Program-made: the position numbers and the translations under genes
Shown: one piece after another, positions 12,531 to 24,850 of the stretch
How the letters are laid out: each line of letters begins with the position of its first letter
Numbering within the stretch: position 1 is the first letter of the stretch
The notes under the pieces: model-generated
The model's database searches: none
Told to the model about the DNA's origin: nothing
What the model saw: the letters and a program-made list of their open reading frames with translations, nothing else
Assembly: GCF_018350175.1 (NCBI RefSeq)
Contig: NC_058368.1
Coordinates: 94,180,001 to 94,244,000 of the forward strand
Direction: 5' to 3'
Source: Felis catus
Lineage: Eukaryota
DNA: 64,000 nucleotides

Positions 12531-12631
12531 GGGGGTGCCTGGCTGGCCCAGTCGATAGAGCGTCCAACTCTTGATCTCAGCGTCATGAGTTCAAGCCCCA
12601 TGTTGGTTGTGGAACTTACTTTAAAAAAAAA
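12531..12631 (+). mobile_element. Short Can-SINE
   Basis: GGGGGTGCCTGGCTGGCCCAGTCG head, short body, poly-A. Confidence 0.85.
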
Positions 12632-13219
12632 GGGGGGGCATTTGAATCCCAGGAATTTGATGGGGAACAAGTATGATATTCTTGCAGCATACATTAGCAC
12701 AAAGTGTAAACACCTAGAATTGGCCTTTTGTGAGATGAGGAGTTTAGAGAAACATGTAGCTCTCCATCAACACCATTTTTAACCACTCACTCCTGCACCC
12801 TCTCCCCTCCCCCTTCCATACAGTGTCAGACAGCGCCTGAGTTCTTAATCCTTCCTCCTCTCTCCTTTTCCTGAGTCCCAATCAAAACACAGCAGGAATA
12901 GTTAATGATTACTGACCGCTTTACTTGTAGGCCGAGTATTTTCACAGAAACCATCTCATTGAATTATATGATCTCGATTAAATAATTGTATTCTCATTTT
13001 ACAAGAGGAGGAGGCTTAGAAAGTTTACCTTATTCACGATAGTAGTAGAGCTTAGATTCTAGCACAAGCCCTTCTTTTTAATCGTGACAGACACTACCTC
13101 CTTGTGACATCCCATTTTCACATGTCATCCACTGCAAGAAATAAACAGCGAAGCTAATTCAAATTCAAATATTCATTTAGCAAAGCTATTTTTTCACTAG
13201 CTGATATATGAAGAAGTCT

Positions 13220-13960
13220 GTAAAAGTCAGGGTTCTCAGAAAAACAGAACCTATAGGAGACAAATAGATAGAGGTAAAGAGAGAGAATTCATCGGGGCGC
13301 CTGGGTGGCGCAGTCGGTTAAGCGTCCGACTTCAGCCAGGTCATGATCTCGCAGTCCGTGAGTTCGAGCCCCACGTCAGGCTCTGGGCTGATGGCTCGGA
13401 GCCTGGAGCCTGTTTCCGATTCTGTGTCTCCCTCTCTCTCTGCCCCTCCCCTGTTCATGCTCTGTCTCTCTCTGTCCCAAAAATAAATAAAAACGTTGAA
13501 AAAAAATTTTAAAAAAAAGAGAGAGAATTCATTATAGGAATGAGCTCGTGCAATTATGGTGTACGAGATGCACGATATGCAATCTGCAAACCGGAGAACC
13601 AGGAATACCAGTGGTGTCTTTCAGTCCAAATCAAAGGCCTGAGATTCAGAGGGGCTGATGACACAAACCCCAGACAGAGTCTGAAGGCCTGCGCTCTGGA
13701 AGAACCAGGAGTGCCGATATCTGAGGGCAGCAGAAGATGAATGAATGTCCCAGCTCAAGCAAAATGAGCCAGTTTGCCCCTCGCCCACCATTTTGTTCTA
13801 TCCAGTCCCTCAGTGGATTGGTTGAGGCCTGCCCACACCGTTGAAGGCTCTCTTTACGCAGTCTTCCAACGCAAATGTGACTCTCTTCCCGAAACACCCT
13901 CACAGACACACCCAGATATAATGTTTCACCATCTGGGCATGCCTTAGCCCAGTCAAGTTG
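13220..13960 (-). mobile_element. ERVL LTR (MLT2B-like), split by a young SINE
   Basis: AGTCAGGGTTCTC..AAACAGAACCTATAGGA start; GAAACACCCTCACAGACACACCCAGA..AATGTTT...CTTAGCCCAGTCAAGTTG end. Confidence 0.85.
13293..13515 (+). mobile_element. Young feline Can-SINE (SINEC_Fc-like)
   Basis: CpG-rich near-consensus copy; perfect 17-bp TSD AAAGAGAGAGAATTCAT (13276-13292 / 13516-13532). Confidence 0.97.
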
Positions 13961-14391
13961 GGACTTTCATAATAATTTCTCAAGCTGTAAAAACCCCAGT
14001 GGTAAAAATCCAGGCATCTTGTGATAGACCAGGAGAGGAAATCAAAATATCTGGTTTTACTCAGTATGCAAACATTTATAAATCCTGGCAGAGTCAGAGT
14101 TTGGGAGAAAAGCACCAGACAATTCTTCTCCATCCTTTCTATGCCAGAAAGACAAACTGCTAGTTGTACAGAGTTGTTAGGGAAAGGTCTCAAGAAACTG
14201 ATGATTGCTATAGACCCAATACTGGTACAAAGTCCCTCACTTTGAGATTGCAATTCTATCCTTACCAGAATTGTATCCAAATTGGTCAAAATGCTCCCTC
14301 AAGGTGGGAGCCCACAAATGGGAATGAGAACCTATTGGGTAATGAGTTGTTTTGCCCCTCTTTTGAATATTTAACCATTCCTGTCTAGTTC

Positions 14392-14425
14392 CTTTTTAAA
14401 AATTGTTTTAAATGTTTTATTTATT

Positions 14426-14462
<37 letters not shown>

Positions 14463-14624
14463 AAGTGGGGGAGGGGCAGAGAGAGAGAGACAGAATCCAC
14501 AAAGCAGGCTCCAGGCTCTGAGCTGTCAGCACAGAGCCCGATGTGAGGCTCGAACCTGTGAACCACAAGATCATGACTTGAGCTGAAGCTGGACGCTTAA
14601 CCGACTGAGCCACCCAGGCACCCT
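14392..14624 (-). mobile_element. Can-SINE with long (GA)n, followed by a second tail remnant (~14628-14668)
   Basis: Complete SINE; outer repeat TGTCTAGTTCC. Confidence 0.92.
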
Positions 14625-15850
14625 CCTCTTTTTTTTTTAAATGTTTTATTTATTTTTGAAAGAGAGCATTCGTGTCTAGTTCCATTAATTCAGTGACTCC
14701 TTATTCGTAAACATAGACTATTTTGCTGTTCGCAGACACCATGCTAGGAACAGAGGTAAAAGGAAGGAATACAAAGTTCAACCACAGATTGAGACATGCT
14801 CACCAGCCAGTGATCTCATAAGGATACAGTCTCATTTTTATTCTTATCCTGGATGCTACCTCAATCAAGAAACCCCCAAGGAAACATGGATTTATTTCTG
14901 AATACCTTGTTTGTTTGGAGGCCAAGTCTTGTCCCTGAAGTTCATTTTTTACAACTGTCTCATACGGGACAGGGAAGCTCACTCCGCCTTTGCTTCATCA
15001 TGTTTTATTCAGGAAAAGGAACTATGTTCCCGGAGAAGAGGGAACAGACTAGTCTCAGCACCCTGCTCCTGCCCGCCACCAAAGACTGTTGACCCTTAGA
15101 TTCCCCACTAGTTTTCCTGAAAGACGAGCAGGGATATCTAACTTTCCTGATACTTAAGACTTTTATTGAAGCCATAAATAACTACTTATTGTACCATGTG
15201 TTTACCATGTATATAATTTGCCAGGAGCAATAATCCCATAGCTGTGGTGAGTGTTTGCAGTTTAAAAAAATTACTTTTTTTGCATTAGCAGCACTGACCC
15301 TGTGAAAAATAATATAGATGGGCTTTTCTTCATCCATCTCTTCTCTTTCAGCACTGACTGACCTCTAAGAGACCAAGAGGACATAGGATGCTGTTGGATG
15401 CATTTTTTATAACTCCCAACTCCAAGCTCCACCTGCTCTAGAATGTGTTTTTCCCGCATGCATTATGTGCTTCTGGAATTAGTATTGCTAATTTCAAGCC
15501 CCTGCTTCATAACACTTCCTGTCCCGTTTGCCTCTCTGTTCAGAACTTAGCTTACTAACTCGATGGATAAGGAGCCAGCTAAAGGGCAAGGTCATGTCTT
15601 ATTTATATCTGTATTCCTCGTGTCTAGGTTACTGCCTGGCTATACTAATACACAATGCTGAAAACTACATCAATGATAATAGCATCATCATAATAACGTA
15701 CAGTCATATAGTGTTTACAGGGGTGCTAAGCAATTATTTATGCGATTTATAGAAACTAATTCATTTGCTCTCATGACAACTATATGAGCCTGGCACTATT
15801 ATCACACTCATTTTACAGATGAGTAAATTAAATCTGTGTGTTGAACTCAT

Positions 15851-16049
15851 GGGGCAGCTGGGTAGCTCAGTTGGTTAAGTGTGGGACTTCAGCTCAGGTC
15901 ATTATCTCGTGCTTTGTGGGTTCGAGCCCCGAGTCAGGGTCTCTGCTGGATTCTGTGTTTCCCTCTGTCTCTCTCTGTCCCTCCCCCACTTGCACTCTGT
16001 CTCTCTCTCCCTCAAAAAAATAAATAAAAAATTTTAAAAATATTCTTAA
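15851..16049 (+). mobile_element. Can-SINE
   Basis: 19-bp TSD AAATCTGTGTGTTGAACTC. Confidence 0.93.
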
Positions 16050-16444
16050 AAATCTGTGTGTTGAACTCGTGAATGAAAGAAGGGAAAGTTATCACATCCT
16101 TGAGACAAACCCTCCAACAGTGGGAATATGGAGTCTAGAAAGTACTTGAGAGTGCGGGGATGGGAGAGTACATGTCTTCAATCCCTGCAGTGACATAGTG
16201 CTCAAACAGTTTTCCAGGGATTTCCCTTTATCCATGGTCTTGCTGCAGACAAGTCTGCTCCATCATTTTTTTGATTTTAAGGAGGTCCAGGAGCCATGGA
16301 GGTTGTAAATGCATTAGCTCAGGGAAGTGTTGTGGAGAGCTTACAACCAGCAATCCAAGGACCCAAAGGGAAGCCACCCTAGCCAGCTCTCAGGGTCGGT
16401 GGGGCGGTGCTAGGCCAGCTTACTCCACTTGTCCACAGGGCCTC

Positions 16445-16970
16445 TGCATTAGTCCGCTCTGCTACTTAACAAATTACCACAAATTAGCAGCTTAAAACAC
16501 ACCCATGTATTACCTCATGGTTTTGGGGAGTCAGGAGCCTAGGAATGGCTTATCTGGATCTCACAAGACTAGTCAGAGCATCGGGCAGCCTGCATTCTCA
16601 CCTGGAGGCCCGACAGGGGAAGACTCCGCCTCCCTGCTCACTCAGGCGGTCGCAGAATTTAGTTCCTTGCAGCTGTAGGCCCGAGGGCCCGGCTGCTTGC
16701 TGGCTGTTGGCTGGCACCTGCCCTCAGCCCCTTGCCACATGGGCGTCCCACTAAAGTCCCATACCTCTTCCAAGTCAGTTCAGAATTTCTAGAGTGAGTA
16801 TGCAAGCAAGATGAAATCTTGTATATCCTGCTATAACCCGTGAAGGGACATCCCATGGTCTTTGTCACGTTCTATCGCTAGAGGTCACAGGTCCGACCCG
16901 CACTCAAGCCAACGACCTGAGTAACAGAAGATGGGATTGTCGGGCACCACCTGACAGCCTGTTTGCTACG
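16445..16970 (-). mobile_element. MaLR LTR (MLT1F-like)
   Basis: TAACAAATTACCACAAATTAGCAGCTTAAAACAC...GCAGAATTTAGTTCCTTGCAGCTGTAGG...GTCACAGGTCCGACCCGCACTCAAG. Confidence 0.8.
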
Positions 16971-17504
16971 GGACCCTCTGGAAGGAGGTTCCATGAGGTT
17001 AGGCAGAACTGTTAAGGGCCCTGCACTCACCCAGCAGGTGAGCGGGTGGGATCAGGGGCCCTGTCCAACGTACTCATAGAGGCATCTTGAGTCTAAAACA
17101 GTGCCCCTTCCTTGATTCATGTCTGTCCATGAATGGCTGAGCGAGTAACTTCTGGTATCACGCCTGTCGTAAACAGAATAAACATGATGGGCAGGCGTGA
17201 GGCTGCAAAACACGCTTGCCCTTAGTGTGATGTGCAAAAGATGGTTCCTTGCCACTCTTCACTCCTAGTTAACTCATCTGTTTTCTGCGACAGAAAGTCT
17301 GGAAAGACATTGCTTAGAAAAGTGAGCCAGGAGATAAGGGAGGAGGACAAAGACCTGGTGTGAGGACACACTCTATGGTGGACAGAACCCCAGTCTGCCC
17401 TCAGAGGGGACTGGCGCCCAGGTGCCTGGGGGGTTGTAGTCCACTCTGCTCTTCGGGAATTTTGGAGGTGCTGCAAAAAATGTTAACAAGGGTGCTATGC
17501 GGTT

Positions 17505-17576
17505 CTTTTTTAAAGTACTTTTTCTAAAAGTTTATTTATTTATTTTGAGAGAGAAAGAGAGTTCAAGCGGGGAAGG

Positions 17577-17618
<42 letters not shown>

Positions 17619-17735
17619 CCCAGGAAGGCTCCACACTGACAGCAGAGAGCCCGATGTAGGGCTCGAACTCATGAACCAAGATCATGACCCGGGCTGAAGT
17701 CGGACATTCAACCCACTGAGACACCCAGGTGCCCC
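17505..17735 (-). mobile_element. Can-SINE
   Basis: Complete minus-strand SINE with (GA)n. Confidence 0.92.
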
Positions 17736-18729
17736 AGAACGAGGAGCTCTTTAAGAGGTAAAAGAAAACACAAGACTTTTCCCACAGGGCCACCCAAGGT
17801 CTGTGAGGAGAAATACAGGGTTCAGAACTCAGCACATTTTTGAAACTCCAGCTGCAAAGAAACTTTCAGGCAGGATAAAGGATCTATTCACAGGCTGAGA
17901 TTTCACAAAAATGTATGAACCAGAACACACTGTGTAACTAAGAGATAGGCCCTGCAATCAGGCCAGGAAAACCTCTCAGAGGGAGGGATTTATTCCCAAG
18001 AAGAAAAACGGTGGCCACATGAAACAAAAAAAGGCAAAAAAAAGCAGGGAGTAATCAGTTGCCTTTTCACCCAGGATGTGGAGACGCTTTTCATACCCGG
18101 GGTTTCTAACATGTAGTCCTCATCTTCCCTGTCACGGGCACATCACACGAAATTATTAGAGGCTCCTGGGACTTGAGGGACCCACCATTTATCCAGAGGT
18201 CTGACGGCAGCTTTTTTATCTTGTTCTTTTTCCCCCTGCCCCTGCCTCGTGGCTGAGGAGGAGATATGTTACTCATTTCTAGCATGCTGCCATTACTCCT
18301 GGATGAACGTGTTGGATGTGGTCCTCAAAGACTGGCCTGTCTGGCCTAGGTTTATGATTATAGACGATATCCAAATACAAGTTCCATTTGAACTTTGGAT
18401 ACATGGGGATAGAAGAACTTTTCTCAAGAAACAGAATGTACAATGGCCAACGCTTCACAAACTAACCGGGGACAGTCTGAATTCCGGCAGCTAGCCGCAA
18501 AGGTACACAGTCACCGGGAGAATTTACCCTGCGCTCTAGGAAGGAAAGCCTTTGAGATGCTGGCTGTGCTGAATTCTTTGGGTACGCCATGAGCAGAAAG
18601 AATATATAATGAGCTTAACAGACTTAAATATTAACTGGCATTTTAGCAGAGTGTCGTGCACGTCAGAGATGCTCAGAAAGGCCTGGGAGCAAGGGGGAAG
18701 ATGGTGGCCAATGCTTGAAGTTAGAGCCT

Positions 18730-18730
18730 T

Positions 18731-18761
<31 letters not shown>

Positions 18762-18916
18762 ATTTATTTTTGAGAGAAAGAGAAAGAGACACAGAATCCC
18801 AAGCAGATCCCACTCTGTTAGCACAGAGGCAGACTCAGGGCTCTAACTCACAAACCGTGAAATCATGACCTAAACTGAAGTCAGATGCTTAACCAACTGA
18901 GCCACCCAGGCACCCC
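18730..18916 (-). mobile_element. Can-SINE
   Basis: SINE body; TSD AAGTTAGAGCCTT; ~27-nt A run at the tail end. Confidence 0.9.
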
Positions 18917-19080
18917 AAAGTTAGAGCCTTCTGGTGACACAGTGATGACAGTAAGGAGGCAGAGGAAAAGTGGGAAAGAGGAAAGAATGTAAGTGGGCAT
19001 CACTTTAGGACTTCCGCACAGGACGGAGCTACCACAAAGAGGAAATGCTATTTTTGTGCTTAAGAAGTACAAGTGAGGAG

Positions 19081-19308
19081 GGGCGCCTGGGTGGCTCAGT
19101 CGGTTGAGCGTCCGACTTCGGCTCAGGTCATGACCTCGAGGTTGTGAGTTCAAGCCCCACGTTGGGCTCTGTGCTGACACTTCGGAGCCTGGAGCCTGCT
19201 TCTGATTCTGCCTCCCTATCTCTCTGCTCCTCCCCTGTTCACTCTCTCTCTCTCTCTCTCCTTCTCTTTCAAAAATTAATAAACATTAAAAAAAATTTAA
19301 AAAAAAGG
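19081..19308 (+). mobile_element. Can-SINE
   Basis: 16-bp TSD AAGTACAAGTGAGGAG. Confidence 0.95.
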
Positions 19309-19779
19309 AAGTACAAGTGAGGAGAAGGTCAAAGGAGGGGAAATAAGCTTATCTGGGACTTGAGCAGGCTAAGAAAGAGATTTCTCTTTTGTCATTTAAG
19401 ATAATCCAATGTATCGATCTCTTACCAAGATTACATAAAACTTCACTAAAATCTGTCCTCTAAGCTGACAAAATAACCAAGACTTTTCTGGACTCCCCTC
19501 TCCCAACCATTTGTCTTTGTTTGCTTGTTTGTTTGTTTTGTCACGGGAAGAATTTGGGTGGCCAGATTGAGGGGATGGTAAATGAGAAGACAGACGATTA
19601 AAGTCAGACAATCCTAGCTCTCTCAAACACACCAGCCTGTGCACGGCATTGGGTGTCACTGTCCATGGGCGATGAACTATTTAGCCCCTGTCCCCTTACT
19701 CAGATGGGAGGCATGCACTCTATAACAACTTTATGTGACTGTTGCTCACTGTGCCCCAGACTGGGGGGCGGGAGGGGGG

Positions 19780-20020
19780 ATGCCTATACAACATAAATTC
19801 ATCATCTCCCAGTTCTGGAAGCTCAAAGTTCGAGATCAGGTGTGAGCAAGGTTGGTTTCTCCTGAGGCCTCTCTCAGGTGTGCCGTGACCCTCTTCTGCC
19901 TGTGTGTGTGTCCATGTCCTAATCTTTTCTTCTAAGACACAACTCATATGAGACCTCATTTTACCTTAATTACCTAAGGACTCTGTCTCCATGTACAGTC
20001 ACAATCTGAGGTATGGGTGG
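19780..20020 (-). mobile_element. MaLR LTR fragment (MLT1A-C-like)
   Basis: CAGTTCTGGAAGCTCAAAGTTCGAGATCAGG...GGTTGGTTTCTCCTGAGGCCTCTCTC...CCTAATCTTTTCTTC...ACAGTCACAATCTGAGGTA. Confidence 0.8.
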
Positions 20021-20817
20021 GGGGGGGGGGGGGCGGGGGCATTTGGCCCCTGGTCATTTGGAGGTGTAGACTAGTATGGGTTTTGAGTTTTGAAAAGTGC
20101 TTCTCCTTCCTTGTTTCCTTCCATTATCCTCGGAACACAGCCAGCAGCCAAGAGCTCTGTAGATGTGTGAGCGTTCTCGGTCTTCCTGGAGGCCAGGAGT
20201 GATTTCCGAGTTTGAGAACCCACTGCTAAATTAGGAATTGACCTCTTGTCCTGTGTGGAAGTTCAGAAATAGCCAGCAGAGTCCCAGAGAAGTGTTTCCC
20301 TCCTTCCCTTCTATGCTAAACTACACTTTCTAAGCAAATAGTGTTCCTACACAGGACCCTGTACAGCTGTCTCTTCGATGTACATCTGTCCTTTCACTGA
20401 GAAACACAAAATCTTCAGAAATGGTATCTCGGTTTCCTAAAAGGTGATGCACCAGCCATTGGCGATATCTGAGACAATATTACGAGGCACAAAAGCAGAG
20501 TATTAAGTTACATTGAGTGCAAGAGTGAAAAAGTTCCTTTCCATCATTTTTTTTCAGTTCTTTGGATTAAATAAAAAAGAAAGTGTCAGGTCGGGGCAGT
20601 TTTACCTTTAACACCTGACCGAAATCGTTCTTTTGGACCAACAGAACAGACCTCAGGACAGAGACTTTTGCAGGCAAAAACATCCAGGCGGAATTCATAA
20701 TGCTGGTTGCTCTCCATTACGTTTATTGTTCCATTTAAATTATACCACTCTATCACCAGGGAGGTGATAAGTGTCCATTTATCTTCTGAAATTGATCTGT
20801 CTTAAAAACTGAGTTAA

Positions 20818-21024
20818 GGGGCGCCTGGGTGGCTCAGTCGGTTGAGCATCCGACTTCAGCTCAGGTCACGATCTCGCGGTCCATGAATTCGAGCCCCGCG
20901 TCAGGCTCTGGGCTGATGGCTCAGAGCCTGGAGCCTGCTTCCGATTCTGTGTCTCCCTCTCTCTCTGCCCCTCCCCCATTCATGCTCTGTCTCTCTCTGT
21001 CCCAAAAATAAATAAACATAAAAA
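20818..21024 (+). mobile_element. Young feline Can-SINE
   Basis: Near-consensus; TSD AAAAACTGAGTTAAG. Confidence 0.96.
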
Positions 21025-21189
21025 AAAAACTGAGTTAAGAAAACGTTAAGGGAATAATGGCATAGGCAAAAATGTGCAAGCAAGTTGCAAATGACTGAAA
21101 TTTGGGGACACCTGCTTTATTTCATTTAATTCTTCTAACAACCCTATAAGGTAGGTTCCATTGAACACATGGGTTTTTTTTTTCCACAC

Positions 21190-22155
21190 GCTTTTTTAAA
21201 AGTTTTTAATTCCAATCAATTAACGTAGTGTTATATTAGTTTCAGGTGTATGATATGGTGATTCAACACTTCCATACATCACCCAGTGCTCATCATGACA
21301 GGTACACCCTTAATCCCCATCACCTATTTCACCCCTCCCCCACCCACCTTCCCTCCTGCAACCATTGGTTTGTTCTCTAGAGTTAAGAGTCTGTTCCTTG
21401 GTTTCTCTCTCTCTCTCCACACCCCCCCCCCAACCCCTCTACCTTTGCTCATTTGTTTTGTTTCTTAAATTCCACATATGAGTGAAATCAGATGGTATTT
21501 GTCTTTCCCTGACTGGCTCTAGTTCCATCCATGTCATTGCAAATGGCAAGATTTCATTCTTTTTTTATGGCTGAATTTTTTATGTTCATCAATCAATGGA
21601 CACTTGGGTTGCTTCCATATGTTGGCTATTATAAATAATGTTGCTATAAACATCCAGGTGCATGTATCCTTTTGAATTAGTGTTTTTGTATTCTTTGGGT
21701 AAATACCTGGTAGTGTGATTGCTGGATCATAAAGAGGTTCTATTTGTAACTTTTTGAGGAAGCTCCATACTGTTTTCCACAGTGGCTGCACCAGTTTGCA
21801 TTCCCACCAACAGTGCAAGAAGGTTCTTTTTTCTCCACATCCTTGCCAACACCTGCTGTTTCTTGTGCTGTTGATTTTTGACATTCTGACAGATGTAAGG
21901 TGATATCTCATTATGGTTTTGATTTGCATTTCCCTGATGACAAGACGGTGATCATCTTTTCAGGTATTTGTTGGCCATCTGTATGTCTTTGGAGAAACAT
22001 CTGTGCATGTCTTCTGTCCATTTTTTAATTGGATTATTTGTCTTTTGGGTGTTGAATTGTATAAGTTCTTTATGTATTTTGGATACTAGCCCTTTATCAA
22101 TTATGTCATTTGCAAATATCTTCTCCCGTTCCATTGGTTGCCCTTTAGCATTGTT
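21190..22155 (-). mobile_element. 5'-truncated carnivore L1 (ORF2 C-terminus + 3'UTR) inserted in a MIR
   Basis: ORF track 21534-21929 ([12 protein letters not shown]...CWQGCGE...[17 protein letters not shown]) and 21952-22167 ([16 protein letters not shown]) are L1 ORF2 C-terminal; MIR-like flanks (CAACCCTATAAGGTAGG / GAAACTGAGGCTCA). Confidence 0.92.
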
Positions 22156-22424
22156 GACGAAGGGCAACAGTGAAGAAGAAACTGAGGCTCAAGAGTTGTT
22201 TGTTCATCTGGTTTCCCCATCTGGTTATCTGCAGAACCAGAATCAACGTGTGGGTGTGTTTGACTGCAAACCTTAAGCTCTTAGCTGCAAAACAATACCA
22301 CTTGTTCATTAGGCCCATAGCAGCTTTTTGAGTAAAAGAAGGCAAGTGCTTGAAGGAAAATACTTCAGATATGAGAATGTGACTAAGGAGGGCTAACATT
22401 GCTTGGTATGTGAAAAATCATTTC

Positions 22425-22634
22425 TTTTCTTTTTTTTTTTAATGTTCATGTATTTTTTATAGAGAGAGAAAGAGAAAGAGAGAGGGCAAGCAGGGGAGGG
22501 GCAGAGAGTGAGGGAGAGAGGATCCAAAGCAGGCTGTGTGATGACAGCAGAGAGCCCAAAACGGGGCTCAAACTCTCCTACCACGAGGTCATGACCTAAG
22601 CAGACGCTTCACCAACTGAGTCACCCAGGTGCCC
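22425..22634 (-). mobile_element. Can-SINE
   Basis: TSD TGAAAAATCATTTCTTT. Confidence 0.92.
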
Positions 22635-23563
22635 TGAAAAATCATTTCTTTAGTCAATCAATAAACTCATAGTGAGGGTCTGCTATCTGCCAGCCAATAA
22701 ACTTGGTGCTGCATTACAGCACTGTGATTTTTCTGGGAGTAACCAAAGATGTTAGTTCCCAGACTAGAAAAACAAAACTCAAACAAAGCAAAACAGAACA
22801 CAAAAACAGGGAGGTTTCTTTTTCCATGGAGATCACCAAGTGCCTTGAGAATGAAATAAATATCAAGGGAACACCAAGACCTGTCTACAGCAAAGTGTAC
22901 TGACTTTTCGCTCTGGCTCAGAATGTAAATATTAATGAACTTCTTTATAAAGGAATATTGCACCATAACTATTTTTCAAGCATGGGACTTTAAAGAAAAA
23001 CGTAGGAGGTTTGCTCATATCCAATCTCTGAGTTTCCGAGTATGAGTTTCTTAGCATTGGCAACGCTTCCTGGTGATTTTGCCAGAGAAGTAAGTCATTG
23101 TGGTCTTTTAAAGACTTTACCTAGGAGGATTGCCAAGACAGAAAATTCAAACTGTAATGGGGACCAGCATCCAAACCCCTCATGCTTCCTGCACCCCCAC
23201 CCACCACATCTTGTCAGCCATTATAAAAAGAGGTGATCTAAGAACTTAAACCTGCTGGTTAGCAACTGACCACACGAGAATGAACAATTCCTAATTCCCT
23301 AAAGTATCAGATCAGCAGCAGGAAGAAGGGAATCAAATGCTTCTCTGCAAACCCTGTCTCTTAAGGGAAACTTCCATTGGTAGCCGTGTCCACAAGGCAT
23401 CCACACAAGTCCAGCATTTAGTGGCCACAGGTTGGTTGCCCCTCTGATTTTGGGAACCTTGGAGACCTTCTCCTTCCTCACCTGGATCAAAGAAACAGTA
23501 GAATTTGCTCCTGAACAGAAGCCCTCTCTGTGTGGTCATTTTGGGAGTTTACTTCTACATCTT

Positions 23564-23791
23564 CTTTTTTTTTTTTTAAGTTGTTAAAAAAATATCTATT
23601 TATTTTTGAGAGAGAGAGAGCCTGCACAAGTAGGGTAGGGGCAGAGAGAGAAGGAGAGAGAGAATCCCAAGCAGGCTCCCAGCTATCCACACAGAACCTG
23701 ACTCTAGGCTTAAATCCATGAACCATGAGATCATGGCCTGAGCCAAAATCAAGAGTACGACTTTTAACCAATTAAGCCACCCAGGCACCCC
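23564..23791 (-). mobile_element. Can-SINE
   Basis: TSD CTACATCTTC. Confidence 0.92.
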
Positions 23792-24192
23792 CTACATCTT
23801 CCTTTTGTGTGAAGGGTTCCCAACTTTTTTGCATGTACCTGAAAACTTTTGGTTAAACATTCCCTGAGAGTCAGTCTCTATCCTGCAGTATCTTGGTACA
23901 GACTGCCACTCTTCAGGGGCAGAATTTTCTCTGCCTAAGCAAACATGATTATTTGGGTTTCTATCACACCATACTGTCTACTCGAATGGTAGATCCAGAC
24001 TATTTAATCATAAGAAGCTATTTTTAATACTCTCCAAAAAATGTTGGGAACCACCATATGATCACATTTGTGACCTACCATCGGTTGAGATAATATAGAA
24101 TGACCAAAAATTTGAAATAAGGAGTCTTTCTAAATGATTTTGACAAGTATTAAGCACAAAGTAACTACATACATTTTAAACAATAAAGCATA

Positions 24193-24397
24193 GGGGTGTC
24201 TGGGTGGCTCACTTGTTAAGCATCCGGCTCTTGATTTCAGCTCAGGTCATGATCTCACAGTTCATGGGATCAAACCCCGCATCGGGCTCTGCACTGACAC
24301 TGAAGAGCCTGCTTGGGATTCTCTCTCTCCCTCTCTCTCTTCCCTTTCCGTGCTCATGCACTCTCTCCCTCTCTCAATAAATAAATAAGCTTAAAAA
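24193..24397 (+). mobile_element. Can-SINE
   Basis: TSD AATAAAGCAT. Confidence 0.92.
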
Positions 24398-24654
24398 AAT
24401 AAAGCATGTATGTCTGAGGCAAATTATTTATTCATTCTGATGAACAGATAGATTCTCAGGAAAAAAGCCTTCCAAAGGAATCTCCTGTCTACAGATTGAA
24501 AGCCATTATATTATGTTATGAACTCTTTGAGGAAAAAAGCTATGTTTTGTTCAGCTTTATATAACCTGATGCCTAACCCAGTGCCTAGCCCACAGCAGGT
24601 TCTTGGATAGGAAATAGATATTTGGGAGGTGTCTTGTTTTAGCTAGCACTGGTG

Positions 24655-24850
24655 ACATTCCTTGAGCACTTACCATGTACCAGGCACTGTTCTAAGTGTG
24701 GTACATGTATTAAGTCATGTAACCATTGAATAACCCTGGGGGGGTAGATATTATTACCACCCATATTTTACAGATGACAAAATGGAGGCTCAGAGATCTT
24801 CAGTAATTTATTCAAGGTCACACTGCAAAGCATTTCTAAAAGCAGGATAC
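24655..24850 (-). mobile_element. MIR
   Basis: TTGAGCACTTACCATGTACCAGGCACTGTTCTAAG...TTTTACAGATGACAAAATGGAGGCTCAGAGA..CAAGGTCACA. Confidence 0.8.

Noticed and set aside
13293..13375. tRNA-like A/B boxes (GGCGCAGTCGG, GAGTTCGAGCCC)
   Set aside because: This is the tRNA-derived SINE head followed by a SINE body, tail and TSD; the same applies to the other copies
20751..20769. Resemblance to a phage lambda operator (TATCACC...GGTGATA)
   Set aside because: Wrong spacing (19 vs 17 bp) and no phage or vector context
23978..24030. MEF2-consensus CTATTTTTAA
   Set aside because: A single degenerate AT-rich motif is expected by chance in 64 kb
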